NCBI GenBank assembly: GCA_021813945.1
Contig: JAKAJD010000002.1
Span: 97,343 to 161,342, forward strand
Reading direction: 5' to 3'
Source of the DNA: a bacterium
GTDB lineage: Bacteria > Patescibacteriota > Microgenomatia > Curtissbacterales > GWA2-41-24
Length of the DNA: 64,000 nucleotides
The first letter of the stretch is position 1. Each line of letters begins with the position of its first letter. Positions 9,576 to 17,620 of this stretch are shown one piece after another. The notes beneath the pieces are model-generated. The model had not been told where the DNA came from and searched no databases. It worked only from the letters and a program-made list of their open reading frames with translations. Made by a program: the position numbers and the translations under genes.

Positions 9576-10580
9576 CTACCTTCGTGTTGCGCGAAGAAAT
9601 GTCCAACGCATGCGGTCTGCAAAATTCATACTTTTGTAAAGGGCTTGCCTTAAAATCAAATCATAAGTTCCTATATATTCAACATGCGAAGGTCCATACC
9701 CAGCTTTAAATCGATGGAAACCAAACCAAGGGTCACTGTCTTTGGCGTCCGGTCCTAAAGCCCCCCACATGTCAAAAACCCTCAGCCCCATTTTTTTACC
9801 CATACGGATTGCTTCCCATGCTACTAAATTGGATGCCATAACCTCGCGGTTTTCGTTAGAAGACCCGCCATAAGGGTAATAAAGTGTCTCCTTAAAATTA
9901 AAAAGCATCCAGGCAACCAGTGGTATTCCTTGGTATTTTCCAATTAAAAGCCTTGCCATCCCCGCAGGCATTAAAGTTTTCCAGACCAAACGATGGTAAT
10001 CCGGTGTGTGGCCAAAGTACTTTTGTCGATGTGTTGTATCAAAATATAGTTTCAAGTAAATTTCAAAATCCGCATCTTTTGTTGATTCGTAAACCTCAAC
10101 ACCTTTTTTTTGTGCAACGCCAATGTTGTAACGTGTCTTTGGGTGCATCGCCGCAAGCAAATTTTGTTCAGATTTTGTCAAATCCAGCAAAAAATTGTAC
10201 CGAGTAAAAAGCGATTTTTTAGAAAGGGTGTACCCCAAGGTAAGTATTTTTTGCCTCAAATCTTCCTGTGCGAAAACATTCGGCTCAATTTTTATAAAAG
10301 CTACGTTTTTATCACGCCCAACCTCAATTAGTGCTTTTGTAGATTCTGCATCAGGCATTGGCCCTTTTGGAAGATAACCCACAACCTGCGGAAAGATCGG
10401 AACCGGGTGTAAAGTCAGCTGGTACGCAGAAACCATCGTATTTCCGTTGAATTGCCCTAGCCTCACAAGCTCGAGCCCCGTTTTTTTGCGGAAATCTCCC
10501 CACTCCCATGACTGAATAATATGGTGAACATGTGCGTTGTAGTTAATCTTTTCGGTCTCCTCAACCTCGCGAACGATCAT
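9576..10580 (-). CDS. FemAB-family aminoacyltransferase (FemX/lipid II peptide-bridge transferase-like)
   Basis: N-terminal HHIIQSWEWGDFRKKTG. C-terminal LVAWEAIRMGKKMGLRVFDMWGALGP...WFGFHRFKAGYGPSHVEYIGTYDL, typical of pfam FemAB peptidoglycan interpeptide-bridge enzymes. Confidence 0.8.
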   Translation of the reverse strand: MIVREVEETEKINYNAHVHHIIQSWEWGDFRKKTGLELVRLGQFNGNTMVSAYQLTLHPVPIFPQVVGYLPKGPMPDAESTKALIEVGRDKNVAFIKIEPNVFAQEDLRQKILTLGYTLSKKSLFTRYNFLLDLTKSEQNLLAAMHPKTRYNIGVAQKKGVEVYESTKDADFEIYLKLYFDTTHRQKYFGHTPDYHRLVWKTLMPAGMARLLIGKYQGIPLVAWMLFNFKETLYYPYGGSSNENREVMASNLVAWEAIRMGKKMGLRVFDMWGALGPDAKDSDPWFGFHRFKAGYGPSHVEYIGTYDLILRQALYKSMNFADRMRWTFLRATRR

Positions 10581-10586
10581 TAACTT

Positions 10587-10592
10587 ATTATA
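10587..10592 (-). promoter_or_regulatory. -10 box TATAAT positioned 6 nt upstream of the FemAB-like ATG (leaderless-type promoter)
   Basis: The reverse strand reads ...GAGTTAGTATAATAAGTTA then ATG. Same TATAAT-N6-start layout as several other genes in this window. Confidence 0.45.
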
Positions 10593-10615
10593 CTAACTCG
10601 CTAAGGGAATATTTT

Positions 10616-11170
10616 TCAGCTTTTTATAACAATTGCCGAAAAATCACTAAATAGTCTTTTAATTTTAGGATCAATAACTGCCTGGCAATAGGGAGCAGAT
10701 CGATTTTGGTCGTAATAATTCATGTGATAACCTTCCGCTTTATAAAAATTTTTAAAAGGAACAATTTCTGTCACCACTTTACCAGAATAAAGTCCAGATT
10801 TATCAATAGCAATTTTTAGCTTTTCTGACAACCTTTTTTGTTCCAGGTTTCTATAAAAGATCGCAGATCTGTACTCCGTTCCCACATCAGCGCCTTGCCG
10901 GTTAAGTGTTGTTGGATCATGCAGCTTGAAAAAAACTTCAAAAAGCGTTTCCAGAGAAATTACTTTAGGGTCAAACTCAATCTGAATTGCCTCGGCATGT
11001 CCTGTTGTTCCACTGCAAACTTGCTCATAAGTCGGGTTTTCAACTGGTCCACCACTATAACCCGGAGTTACCGAAATCACGCCTTTAATTCGTTTAAAAA
11101 TCGCCTCCGTGCACCAAAAACAACCACCGGCAAGAGTAATCACCTCAACGTTTTTCATATGAAGATCCAT
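10616..11170 (-). CDS. msrA: peptide methionine sulfoxide reductase MsrA
   Basis: Catalytic GCFWC motif, GYSGG, HAEAIQIEFDP. Full-length MsrA fold, 184 aa. Confidence 0.9.
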   Translation of the reverse strand: MDLHMKNVEVITLAGGCFWCTEAIFKRIKGVISVTPGYSGGPVENPTYEQVCSGTTGHAEAIQIEFDPKVISLETLFEVFFKLHDPTTLNRQGADVGTEYRSAIFYRNLEQKRLSEKLKIAIDKSGLYSGKVVTEIVPFKNFYKAEGYHMNYYDQNRSAPYCQAVIDPKIKRLFSDFSAIVIKS

Positions 11171-11218
11171 TCTAACTCACATGGGAACACCTTCCTTTAA
11201 AAATAAATAATCTGAGGT

Positions 11219-13012
11219 CTAAATCGCGCTAATCAGCTCTTCCGGAATATCTATTAGAAATCTCGAAACTAAATTAGAAGAAGTTACCCCAAAGTAAAGG
11301 CGCTGAGAAGCGTATGTCAAATAAAGCTTTTGCTTGGCTCGCGTCATTCCAACGTATGCAAGCCGCCTTTCTTCCTCAATTTGTGAAACATCAAGCATCG
11401 ACCGTGAATGCGGGAATAACCCTTCTTCCATTCCGATTATAAAAACGTTTCCAAACTCCAACCCTTTTGCAGCATGAATTGTCATGAGAGTCACGGAATT
11501 TACATCAATTTGCCCTTCATGGGACTTGGAAGGTGTCACTTTTCCCTCCATAAGAGCGATATTTTCCAAAAGCATCGTTATATTTTCGTAATCTTGGGCA
11601 ACTGATTTTAACTCCTTTACGTTTTCGACTCTCATCAGTCCTTGCTCCGTCCCGTCATCTATAAGCTCAATATAACCGGTCGCCTCAAGCACTTTATCGA
11701 TTACCTCAGCAGGCGTTGGTCTTTTCTTTGCCGCTTTATTTTTTTTAGCAACGTCTAAAAACTTTTTAAATCTGCTCTTGCCTAACTTTTCTACTCTCGT
11801 TAAGGAAACATCATCCAGGGGATTTTCAATAACCCTCAAATATGCCAGAACATCTTTAACTTCTTTGCGCTCATAGAAGCGCACGCCGCCATAAATTCGG
11901 TAGGGAATATTGGCATGCAAAAGCGCCTCCTCAACCGTTCTAGATTGGGCATTGGTTCTATATAAAATCGCAAATTCTCCGAAATTTTCGGTAGAATTTA
12001 AAATCCTATCTACTGCAAAATTTGCTTCATCTATTTCGTTTTGCGCGTTATAAACTGTGATTCCGTCACCTTTGCCGTTTTGGGTCCACAACGTCAAAAC
12101 CGGGTGAGCCATATTTTTGGAAATGACCGCGTTGGCTGCCGAAAGTATGCATTGTGTCGACCTGTAATTTTGCTCCAGGTTAAAAACTTTAGCGTTTGCA
12201 AAATCCCGTTCAAAATTTAATATATTTCTAAAATCAGCACCTCGAAAAGAATAAATCGCTTGCGATGCATCCCCAACTACCGTCAAATTGCCGTTAACGG
12301 AAGCCAGCTGCTTGGTCAGCACATATTGGGCGGTGTTCACATCCTGGTACTCGTCTACCAAAACGTATTTATAGCGCGATGAGTATTTACTGAGGATTTG
12401 TGGGTTTTTTTCAAAAAGCTTCACACTATTCATCAGTAGATCGTCAAAGTCGCAAGCACCGATTCTTTGAAGTTCAGCCTGGTACTGCAGATAAACTTTT
12501 GCAACAGTTTCGCCGAAATAACTTCTGGCAAACTGGCTGTAAGCTTCCGGATCTAAGAGTTCCCCTTTAGCCGAAGAAATTGCTCCCAAAATCGAAGAAG
12601 GCCGAAAATGTTTGATATCAATATTTCCGGATTTCATTATTTTTTTAACGACAGCCAGCGAGTCATCATTGTCATAAATTAAATAGCCGCTCGGCAAACC
12701 AATATATTTACCCTCAATTCTCAAAAGTTTGGCACAATATGCATGGAAGGTGCCTACAAAAGGCAAATGTCCCGAAAAACCCCCTTCCAAGAGTTTTTGG
12801 ATCCGTTCCTTCATCTCATTCCCGGCTTTATTCGTAAAGGTCACCGCGATAATTTCATCAGGGCTTACGCCAAGGGAAATCAGATAAGCCACTTTGTATG
12901 TTAAGACCCGTGTTTTTCCAGATCCCGCCCCAGCCAGAATCAAAACTGGGCCATCTGTTGCCAAAACAGCCTCTTTTTGCCTAGAATCCAAATCGCCAAG
13001 TAAATTTGCCAT
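11219..13012 (-). CDS. pcrA: ATP-dependent DNA helicase PcrA/UvrD
   Basis: GPVLILAGAGSGKTRVLTYKVAYLI, VLVDEYQDVNTAQY, VVGDASQAIYSFRGADF, QNYRSTQ, TIHAAKGLEFGNVF, LAYVGMTRAKQKL. True start probably ATG at 13012 (MANLLGDL), not the TTG at 13030 used by the ORF track. Confidence 0.9.
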   Translation of the reverse strand: MANLLGDLDSRQKEAVLATDGPVLILAGAGSGKTRVLTYKVAYLISLGVSPDEIIAVTFTNKAGNEMKERIQKLLEGGFSGHLPFVGTFHAYCAKLLRIEGKYIGLPSGYLIYDNDDSLAVVKKIMKSGNIDIKHFRPSSILGAISSAKGELLDPEAYSQFARSYFGETVAKVYLQYQAELQRIGACDFDDLLMNSVKLFEKNPQILSKYSSRYKYVLVDEYQDVNTAQYVLTKQLASVNGNLTVVGDASQAIYSFRGADFRNILNFERDFANAKVFNLEQNYRSTQCILSAANAVISKNMAHPVLTLWTQNGKGDGITVYNAQNEIDEANFAVDRILNSTENFGEFAILYRTNAQSRTVEEALLHANIPYRIYGGVRFYERKEVKDVLAYLRVIENPLDDVSLTRVEKLGKSRFKKFLDVAKKNKAAKKRPTPAEVIDKVLEATGYIELIDDGTEQGLMRVENVKELKSVAQDYENITMLLENIALMEGKVTPSKSHEGQIDVNSVTLMTIHAAKGLEFGNVFIIGMEEGLFPHSRSMLDVSQIEEERRLAYVGMTRAKQKLYLTYASQRLYFGVTSSNLVSRFLIDIPEELISAI

Positions 13013-13087
13013 ATAAAATCCGAAGATCAAGAAGTCGACTAATTATATATCATTAAGATATCTGGCTTCACTGAAGAGTTTTTGGTT

Positions 13088-13096
13088 GGTATAATA
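13088..13096 (+). promoter_or_regulatory. extended -10 promoter element TGGTATAAT for trxA, 9 nt upstream of ATG 13106
   Basis: TGnTATAAT consensus read directly. It overlaps the 5-prime end of the ORF-track version of trxA, which argues for the downstream ATG. Confidence 0.5.
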
Positions 13097-13105
13097 AAAC
13101 CCGCT

Positions 13106-13369
13106 ATGGTTAAGATTTTAGACTTCTGGGCAGAGTGGTGCGGTCCATGTAAATTCATGGAACCGATTATTGAAGAGATTGAAAAAGAGCTTGGCGACAA
13201 AATTCAAATTGAAAAAATAAATGTCGATGAGCAGCAGGAAATTGCTGCCAAATACCAGGTAATGTCTATTCCAACATACGTTTTCTTAAAAGACGACAAA
13301 GAACAGGAAAGGGTAATTGGCGCAACTTCTAAAGAAAACTTTCTCAAAGTGATTTCAAAGTATGAGTGA
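13106..13369 (+). CDS. trxA: thioredoxin (short form)
   Basis: WAEWCGPCK active site and the thioredoxin fold core (MSIPTYVF, cis-Pro). The ORF track starts at TTG 13082, but the promoter position supports ATG 13106. The N-terminus is short for a thioredoxin either way. Confidence 0.8.
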   Translation: MVKILDFWAEWCGPCKFMEPIIEEIEKELGDKIQIEKINVDEQQEIAAKYQVMSIPTYVFLKDDKEQERVIGATSKENFLKVISKYE

Positions 13370-14027
13370 GAGATTGCCTCTTTTAGTTGCCAATCACAAA
13401 GCGAATCTTTCTGCACGTGAGGTTTCCGCATGGATTAGAGAAGTTGGAAACGAAAGCGATGATTTTGGAGGAACCATAATCTTTTGCCCCTCAAGCCCAT
13501 TTTTAGCAGCAGCTGCTGGTGAAATTAGTTCCAGCGGCTATAATATTCAGTTAGGCTCACAGGACATTTCAAGATTTGAAAAAGGTGCTCATACCGGTGA
13601 AGTAGCTGCATCACAAATTGCGGATATTGTTCGTTATACTATTGTCGGCCACTCAGAAAGACGCCGGGATTTCGGTGAGGATGACAAAACTTTGGAAGAA
13701 AAAGTAAAAATAGCAAGATCGGCTGGCATTGAGCCGATTTTTTGTATTCAGGATGCAAAAACCCCAATACCAGAGGGTGTTAAAATAGTCGCCTATGAAC
13801 CACCCTCCGCGATTGGTACAAACAACCCAGATTCTCCTGAAAATGTAAAGCAAGTCGTAGAAAGTGTGCAAGATAAAGGGAATTATATTGTGCTTTATGG
13901 TGGCTCAGTTTCACCAGACAATGTTGCCACTTTTTTCAAGGAGGCTAATGTTAATGGTGTTTTGGTCGGAGCGACTAACAGTCTTGATCCTCAAAAGTTC
14001 ATCTTGATCCTAAAGGCTGCTAGCTAA
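13362..14027 (+). CDS. tpiA: triosephosphate isomerase (compact, 221 aa)
   Basis: ANHKAN (catalytic Lys), IVGHSERR (catalytic His), AYEPPSAIGT (catalytic Glu), LYGGSV. Overlaps the trxA stop by 8 nt. Confidence 0.85.
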   Translation: MSERLPLLVANHKANLSAREVSAWIREVGNESDDFGGTIIFCPSSPFLAAAAGEISSSGYNIQLGSQDISRFEKGAHTGEVAASQIADIVRYTIVGHSERRRDFGEDDKTLEEKVKIARSAGIEPIFCIQDAKTPIPEGVKIVAYEPPSAIGTNNPDSPENVKQVVESVQDKGNYIVLYGGSVSPDNVATFFKEANVNGVLVGATNSLDPQKFILILKAAS

Positions 14028-14035
14028 AAAAACAA

Positions 14036-15229
14036 ATGTACGAGATTGGCAACGGGCCTACAAGAAGGCCTATTTCTATATTTAAAATCATCTTTTTTGC
14101 CGCTATTTTGGCGATTTTAACCTATATTGTCATAAAAATTTTTAAGCTAGAAAAAGTCGTTTTGAAAGGGCCTCAAACTGTTGTTCAACTAATAACAGAT
14201 ACCGGTTTAAAATCCGACAAAGGTAGAACCAATATCTTACTTTTAGGCATTGGCGGTGATGGGCACGACGGTCCAAATCTGACTGACACTATAATTTTGG
14301 CGTCTATCGACAAGGATGGCAAAGACGTTGCGCTTGTTTCTATCCCCAGGGATCTTTGGGTAGCATCTATAAGCGACAAAATAAATAGCGCTTACGCTTA
14401 TGGCCAGGATAAAAACGGGCAAGGATTAGCCGCGGCAGAAAAGATCGTGAGTGATCTTTTTGGTGTTCCTGTTCATTATGCCTTTAGAATAGATTTCAAT
14501 GGGTTTGTAAAAGCTGTAGATTTAGTTGATGGCCTGGATTTGACTGTCGATAATTCTTTTTCAGATCCACACTACCCCATCGAAGGTAAAGAAGATGATC
14601 TTTGTGGCCTAACCATCACAACTCAAAATACAGATGGTAAAGATGAACAGGTAGTCAAGGACGCAACAGGATCAGCCACCCCAATTAGCCAAATCAACGA
14701 TTTTAATGATCCGTTTACATGCCGCTACAAAACATTGACTTTCAAAAAAGGTCCAACGCATATGGATGGACAAACTGCTTTAGAATTTGTGCGTTCCCGG
14801 CACGGTACAAACGGCGAGGGGTCCGACTTTGCCCGAAGCGCCAGGCAGCAAAAAGTCATCATGGCCTTTCGCGATAAAGTAATTTCCTCAAAAACCCTAA
14901 CCAATCCTTCAACTTTAATTCAATTGGAAAAAACCTTCAGCGCTTCCATTGATACTGATATTGGCAGCCAGGAAATCCCTCTTCTTGCTAAATTGGGCCT
15001 CAAAATCGATCCGACCACCGTAAGGCGTGTTGTTCTAACAGCCAGTGAGGACAATAGTGTTTTGGATGTGGGGGACCCGGGACAGTTTAACGGAGCCTAT
15101 GCGCTTATCCCTAAAGATAACAGCTGGACTAGCTTGCAAAATTACATCCAGCATGAAATCTATAACTTCGACACACAAGGAACAAAAACTACGACGGAAG
15201 GGAAAAATACAACAAATTCTAATCCTTAA
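14036..15229 (+). CDS. LytR-CpsA-Psr (LCP) family cell-envelope phosphotransferase
   Basis: N-terminal TM anchor. NILLLGIGGDGHDGPNLTDTIILASIDKDGKDVALVSIPRDLWV matches the LCP core. Confidence 0.85.
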   Translation: MYEIGNGPTRRPISIFKIIFFAAILAILTYIVIKIFKLEKVVLKGPQTVVQLITDTGLKSDKGRTNILLLGIGGDGHDGPNLTDTIILASIDKDGKDVALVSIPRDLWVASISDKINSAYAYGQDKNGQGLAAAEKIVSDLFGVPVHYAFRIDFNGFVKAVDLVDGLDLTVDNSFSDPHYPIEGKEDDLCGLTITTQNTDGKDEQVVKDATGSATPISQINDFNDPFTCRYKTLTFKKGPTHMDGQTALEFVRSRHGTNGEGSDFARSARQQKVIMAFRDKVISSKTLTNPSTLIQLEKTFSASIDTDIGSQEIPLLAKLGLKIDPTTVRRVVLTASEDNSVLDVGDPGQFNGAYALIPKDNSWTSLQNYIQHEIYNFDTQGTKTTTEGKNTTNSNP

Positions 15230-15497
15230 AGCTCAAAATAAGCTTTAGCGTTCCAAGCACAAAAAGCACTAGCCCGCCAATAAAGAGTACATAGGTAAGT
15301 TCCGTAGAACCTGCATTTGGCAAGGCACCGCTTGTGCCGCCCTTTGGAGCTGAGCTTGTTGCAAATTGGGCAAATACATTTTCAGAAAGAGAAAGCCACA
15401 GAAGAGCAGATCCCAAAAAACCAACAAGTCTCGCAATAGAAGATTTCAAGCAGGCTCTCATAATACCCTTATACTTAAGAGTAAACTTTCCAAACAA
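15219..15497 (-). CDS. small secreted, membrane-anchored peptide with LPNAG motif before a C-terminal hydrophobic segment (candidate sortase substrate)
   Basis: Signal-peptide-like N-terminus (MRACLKSSIARLVGFLGSALLWLSLSENVFAQ), a short exposed segment, then LPNAG-STELTY-VLFIGGLVLFVLGTLKLILSF-KD. A real start at ATG 15461 is possible. Confidence 0.4.
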   Translation of the reverse strand: MFGKFTLKYKGIMRACLKSSIARLVGFLGSALLWLSLSENVFAQFATSSAPKGGTSGALPNAGSTELTYVLFIGGLVLFVLGTLKLILSFKD

Positions 15498-15516
15498 TTG
15501 TTGTCAAGGGAATTAA

Positions 15517-15807
15517 CTATTTAGATTTCGTTTTTCCTTTTGCAGATGACTTTACTTTCGGTGAATCGCTTGCTGGTTTTAATTTTTTGGATAATCGTGA
15601 TTTTATCCTGGCGGCCTTGTTTTTATGAATTACGTTACTTTTTGCCGCCCGATCAGCTGCTCTAAAGACTGCCTTTAGACTCTCAGCAGTCTTTTTCTTT
15701 TCAAAATCGCGAACTGCTTTTTTTAGCGCCTGTTTGACTTTTAGGTTGATAGCAGTTTTTCGCTTATCTTGCCTTACCTTTTTTATTGCTTGTTTTGTGA
15801 CCGGCAT
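15517..15807 (-). CDS. rpsT: 30S ribosomal protein S20
   Basis: MPVTKQAIKKVRQDKRKT...VIHKNKAARIKSRL matches bS20. The ORF-track N-terminal extension (start 15960) is improbable: it would consume the divergent murJ promoter region. Confidence 0.8.
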   Translation of the reverse strand: MPVTKQAIKKVRQDKRKTAINLKVKQALKKAVRDFEKKKTAESLKAVFRAADRAAKSNVIHKNKAARIKSRLSKKLKPASDSPKVKSSAKGKTKSK

Positions 15808-15919
15808 TCTATTAAGATAAAAACCGAAAATAGACTCGGCTTTAACTTGTTGGAATTTTACACTATTATTCTCAAAAAAGAAATAAAGTCCTTTACTTTT
15901 CCAAAATAAGGAATTTTTT

Positions 15920-17578
15920 ATGTGGTATTTTTTAAAAAACGGCGCTAAAACAATTTTCAATAAGACTCAAGAAGATATCCTTTCGGCTGCATTTATTATT
16001 GGTGCCTCAGTGGTTGCTGCTAAACTCTTAAGTCTGGTTCGATACCGCCTGCTTGCTGCTTATTTTGGAAATCAACTCCCACTTTTAGACGGCTATTTTG
16101 CAGCTACTACTCTCATCGATTCGGTTTTTAATACCTTTATTTTTGGAAGCATTGCTTTAGCTTTTATACCCGTTTTTTCCAAATATCTCGAAAAAGAAAA
16201 AGTTAAACAGGCTTGGGCATTAGCCTCAACGATGATCACCATTGGCTTCATATTTTTCGTCTTTTTCGCAATCGTCTTTTTATTTTTCTCAAATCAAGTT
16301 GCAGCCTTAATTGCTCCCGGGCTTGTAGGCAAATACCCGCTAACCCAAGCCAAAATCTCTCGCCTTTTGCAAATTATGGTTCTTTCGCAGTCCCTTCTGG
16401 TAATTTCGATTTTTATATCTGGCGTTTTAAATTCCTTTAAAAGGTTTGTCATCCCGGCCCTAGCATCTATTTTTTATAACGTTGGCATCATAATTTCCAT
16501 TATTTTTCTTTCGCCGGTTTTTGGCATTTATTCGGCCGCAATTGGCATGATTTTCGGCGCAGCCTTACACCTTATCGTCCAGCTTCCACTCATTCTTTCC
16601 ATGAACTTCAAATTCCGCTTTAACCTCAACTTAAAAAATACAGACGTTAGGGAAGTCCTAACTCTTATGTGGCCCAGATCTATTACAATTGGCTTAACTC
16701 AACTTTCAAGTGTCATCAATGTAATTCTCGCTTCGATATCAACTTTAGGTTCAATTGTTGCTCTAAACTTCGCCCAGGTTTTGCAAATAGCCCCAACATC
16801 TCTTTTTGCAGCATCCCTAGCACAAGCTGCCTTTGTTTTTTTATCAATAGATGCCAATACCCAAAAAAGCGAAAAATTCAAAAATCTTTTTATAGAATCG
16901 TTCCACCAAATTCTCTTTTTAGTTTTGCCAACAGCTGCAATTTTGGCAGTTTTAAGGGTACCGGTTGTTAGACTGGTTTTTGGCGCGAAAGACCTGCCTT
17001 GGGAAACAACCGTTCTAGCTGCCAGGACTCTTTTAGCTTTTTCAGTTGGAATTACTGCTGCCTCCCTGGAACTCCTTTTAATCCGCGCTTTTCATGCGCT
17101 AAGAGACAGTTATACCCCTGTAAAAATCACCGTTTTTTCAACGGCATTAAATATTATCTTGGCCTTTATTTTCGTTTTTGTCTTCAAGTTTTCAATTATT
17201 TATTTAGCACTTGCTTCGTCAATCGATAGCCTGTTGGCAGCAGGCCTTATGCTTTATTTTTTAAATCGTAAAGTCGGAGGCTTTGACAAAAAGAAATTAT
17301 TTTTACCATCCATAAAAATCGTTCTGATTTCGCTGGCAACCGCATTTGCTCTTTACGTTCCCATGAAGCTTCTAGACCAACTGGTCTTTGACACAACCAG
17401 AGTTGTCGGCCTTATCATTTTGACGGCCATCGCAAGTACTGTTGGACTTGGCGTTTATATTTTTCTTTCTTGGATTTTTGGCGTCGAACAACTGGTCATT
17501 TTTACAAAATTTGCAAAAAGAGTTTGGACATTTCCTTCCCGGCTCAAAACCCCTGAACCGGAATCCATTAGCGCATAA
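15920..17578 (+). CDS. murJ: lipid II flippase MurJ (MviN)
   Basis: 14 predicted TM helices. N-terminal ILSAAFIIGASVVAAKLLSLVRYRLLAAYFG...DGYFAATTLIDSVFN is typical of MurJ. Confidence 0.85.
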   Translation: MWYFLKNGAKTIFNKTQEDILSAAFIIGASVVAAKLLSLVRYRLLAAYFGNQLPLLDGYFAATTLIDSVFNTFIFGSIALAFIPVFSKYLEKEKVKQAWALASTMITIGFIFFVFFAIVFLFFSNQVAALIAPGLVGKYPLTQAKISRLLQIMVLSQSLLVISIFISGVLNSFKRFVIPALASIFYNVGIIISIIFLSPVFGIYSAAIGMIFGAALHLIVQLPLILSMNFKFRFNLNLKNTDVREVLTLMWPRSITIGLTQLSSVINVILASISTLGSIVALNFAQVLQIAPTSLFAASLAQAAFVFLSIDANTQKSEKFKNLFIESFHQILFLVLPTAAILAVLRVPVVRLVFGAKDLPWETTVLAARTLLAFSVGITAASLELLLIRAFHALRDSYTPVKITVFSTALNIILAFIFVFVFKFSIIYLALASSIDSLLAAGLMLYFLNRKVGGFDKKKLFLPSIKIVLISLATAFALYVPMKLLDQLVFDTTRVVGLIILTAIASTVGLGVYIFLSWIFGVEQLVIFTKFAKRVWTFPSRLKTPEPESISA

Positions 17579-17620
17579 CCTCTAGTCAAAAAATCGTTAC
17601 ATCTTATATACTTAATCACC

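Noticed and set aside
15455..15497. GKFTLK near the N-terminus of the 92-aa peptide as a type IV prepilin (G/FTLIE) signal
   Set aside because: Not followed by an uninterrupted hydrophobic helix (charged residues K, R, K intervene) and lacks the conserved Glu+5. Interpreted as part of an ordinary signal-peptide n-region instead.
15808..15960. ORF-track N-terminal extension of rpsT
   Set aside because: Not homologous to bS20. Would eliminate the divergent rpsT/murJ promoter region. Conserved S20 sequence starts at MPVTKQ (15807).
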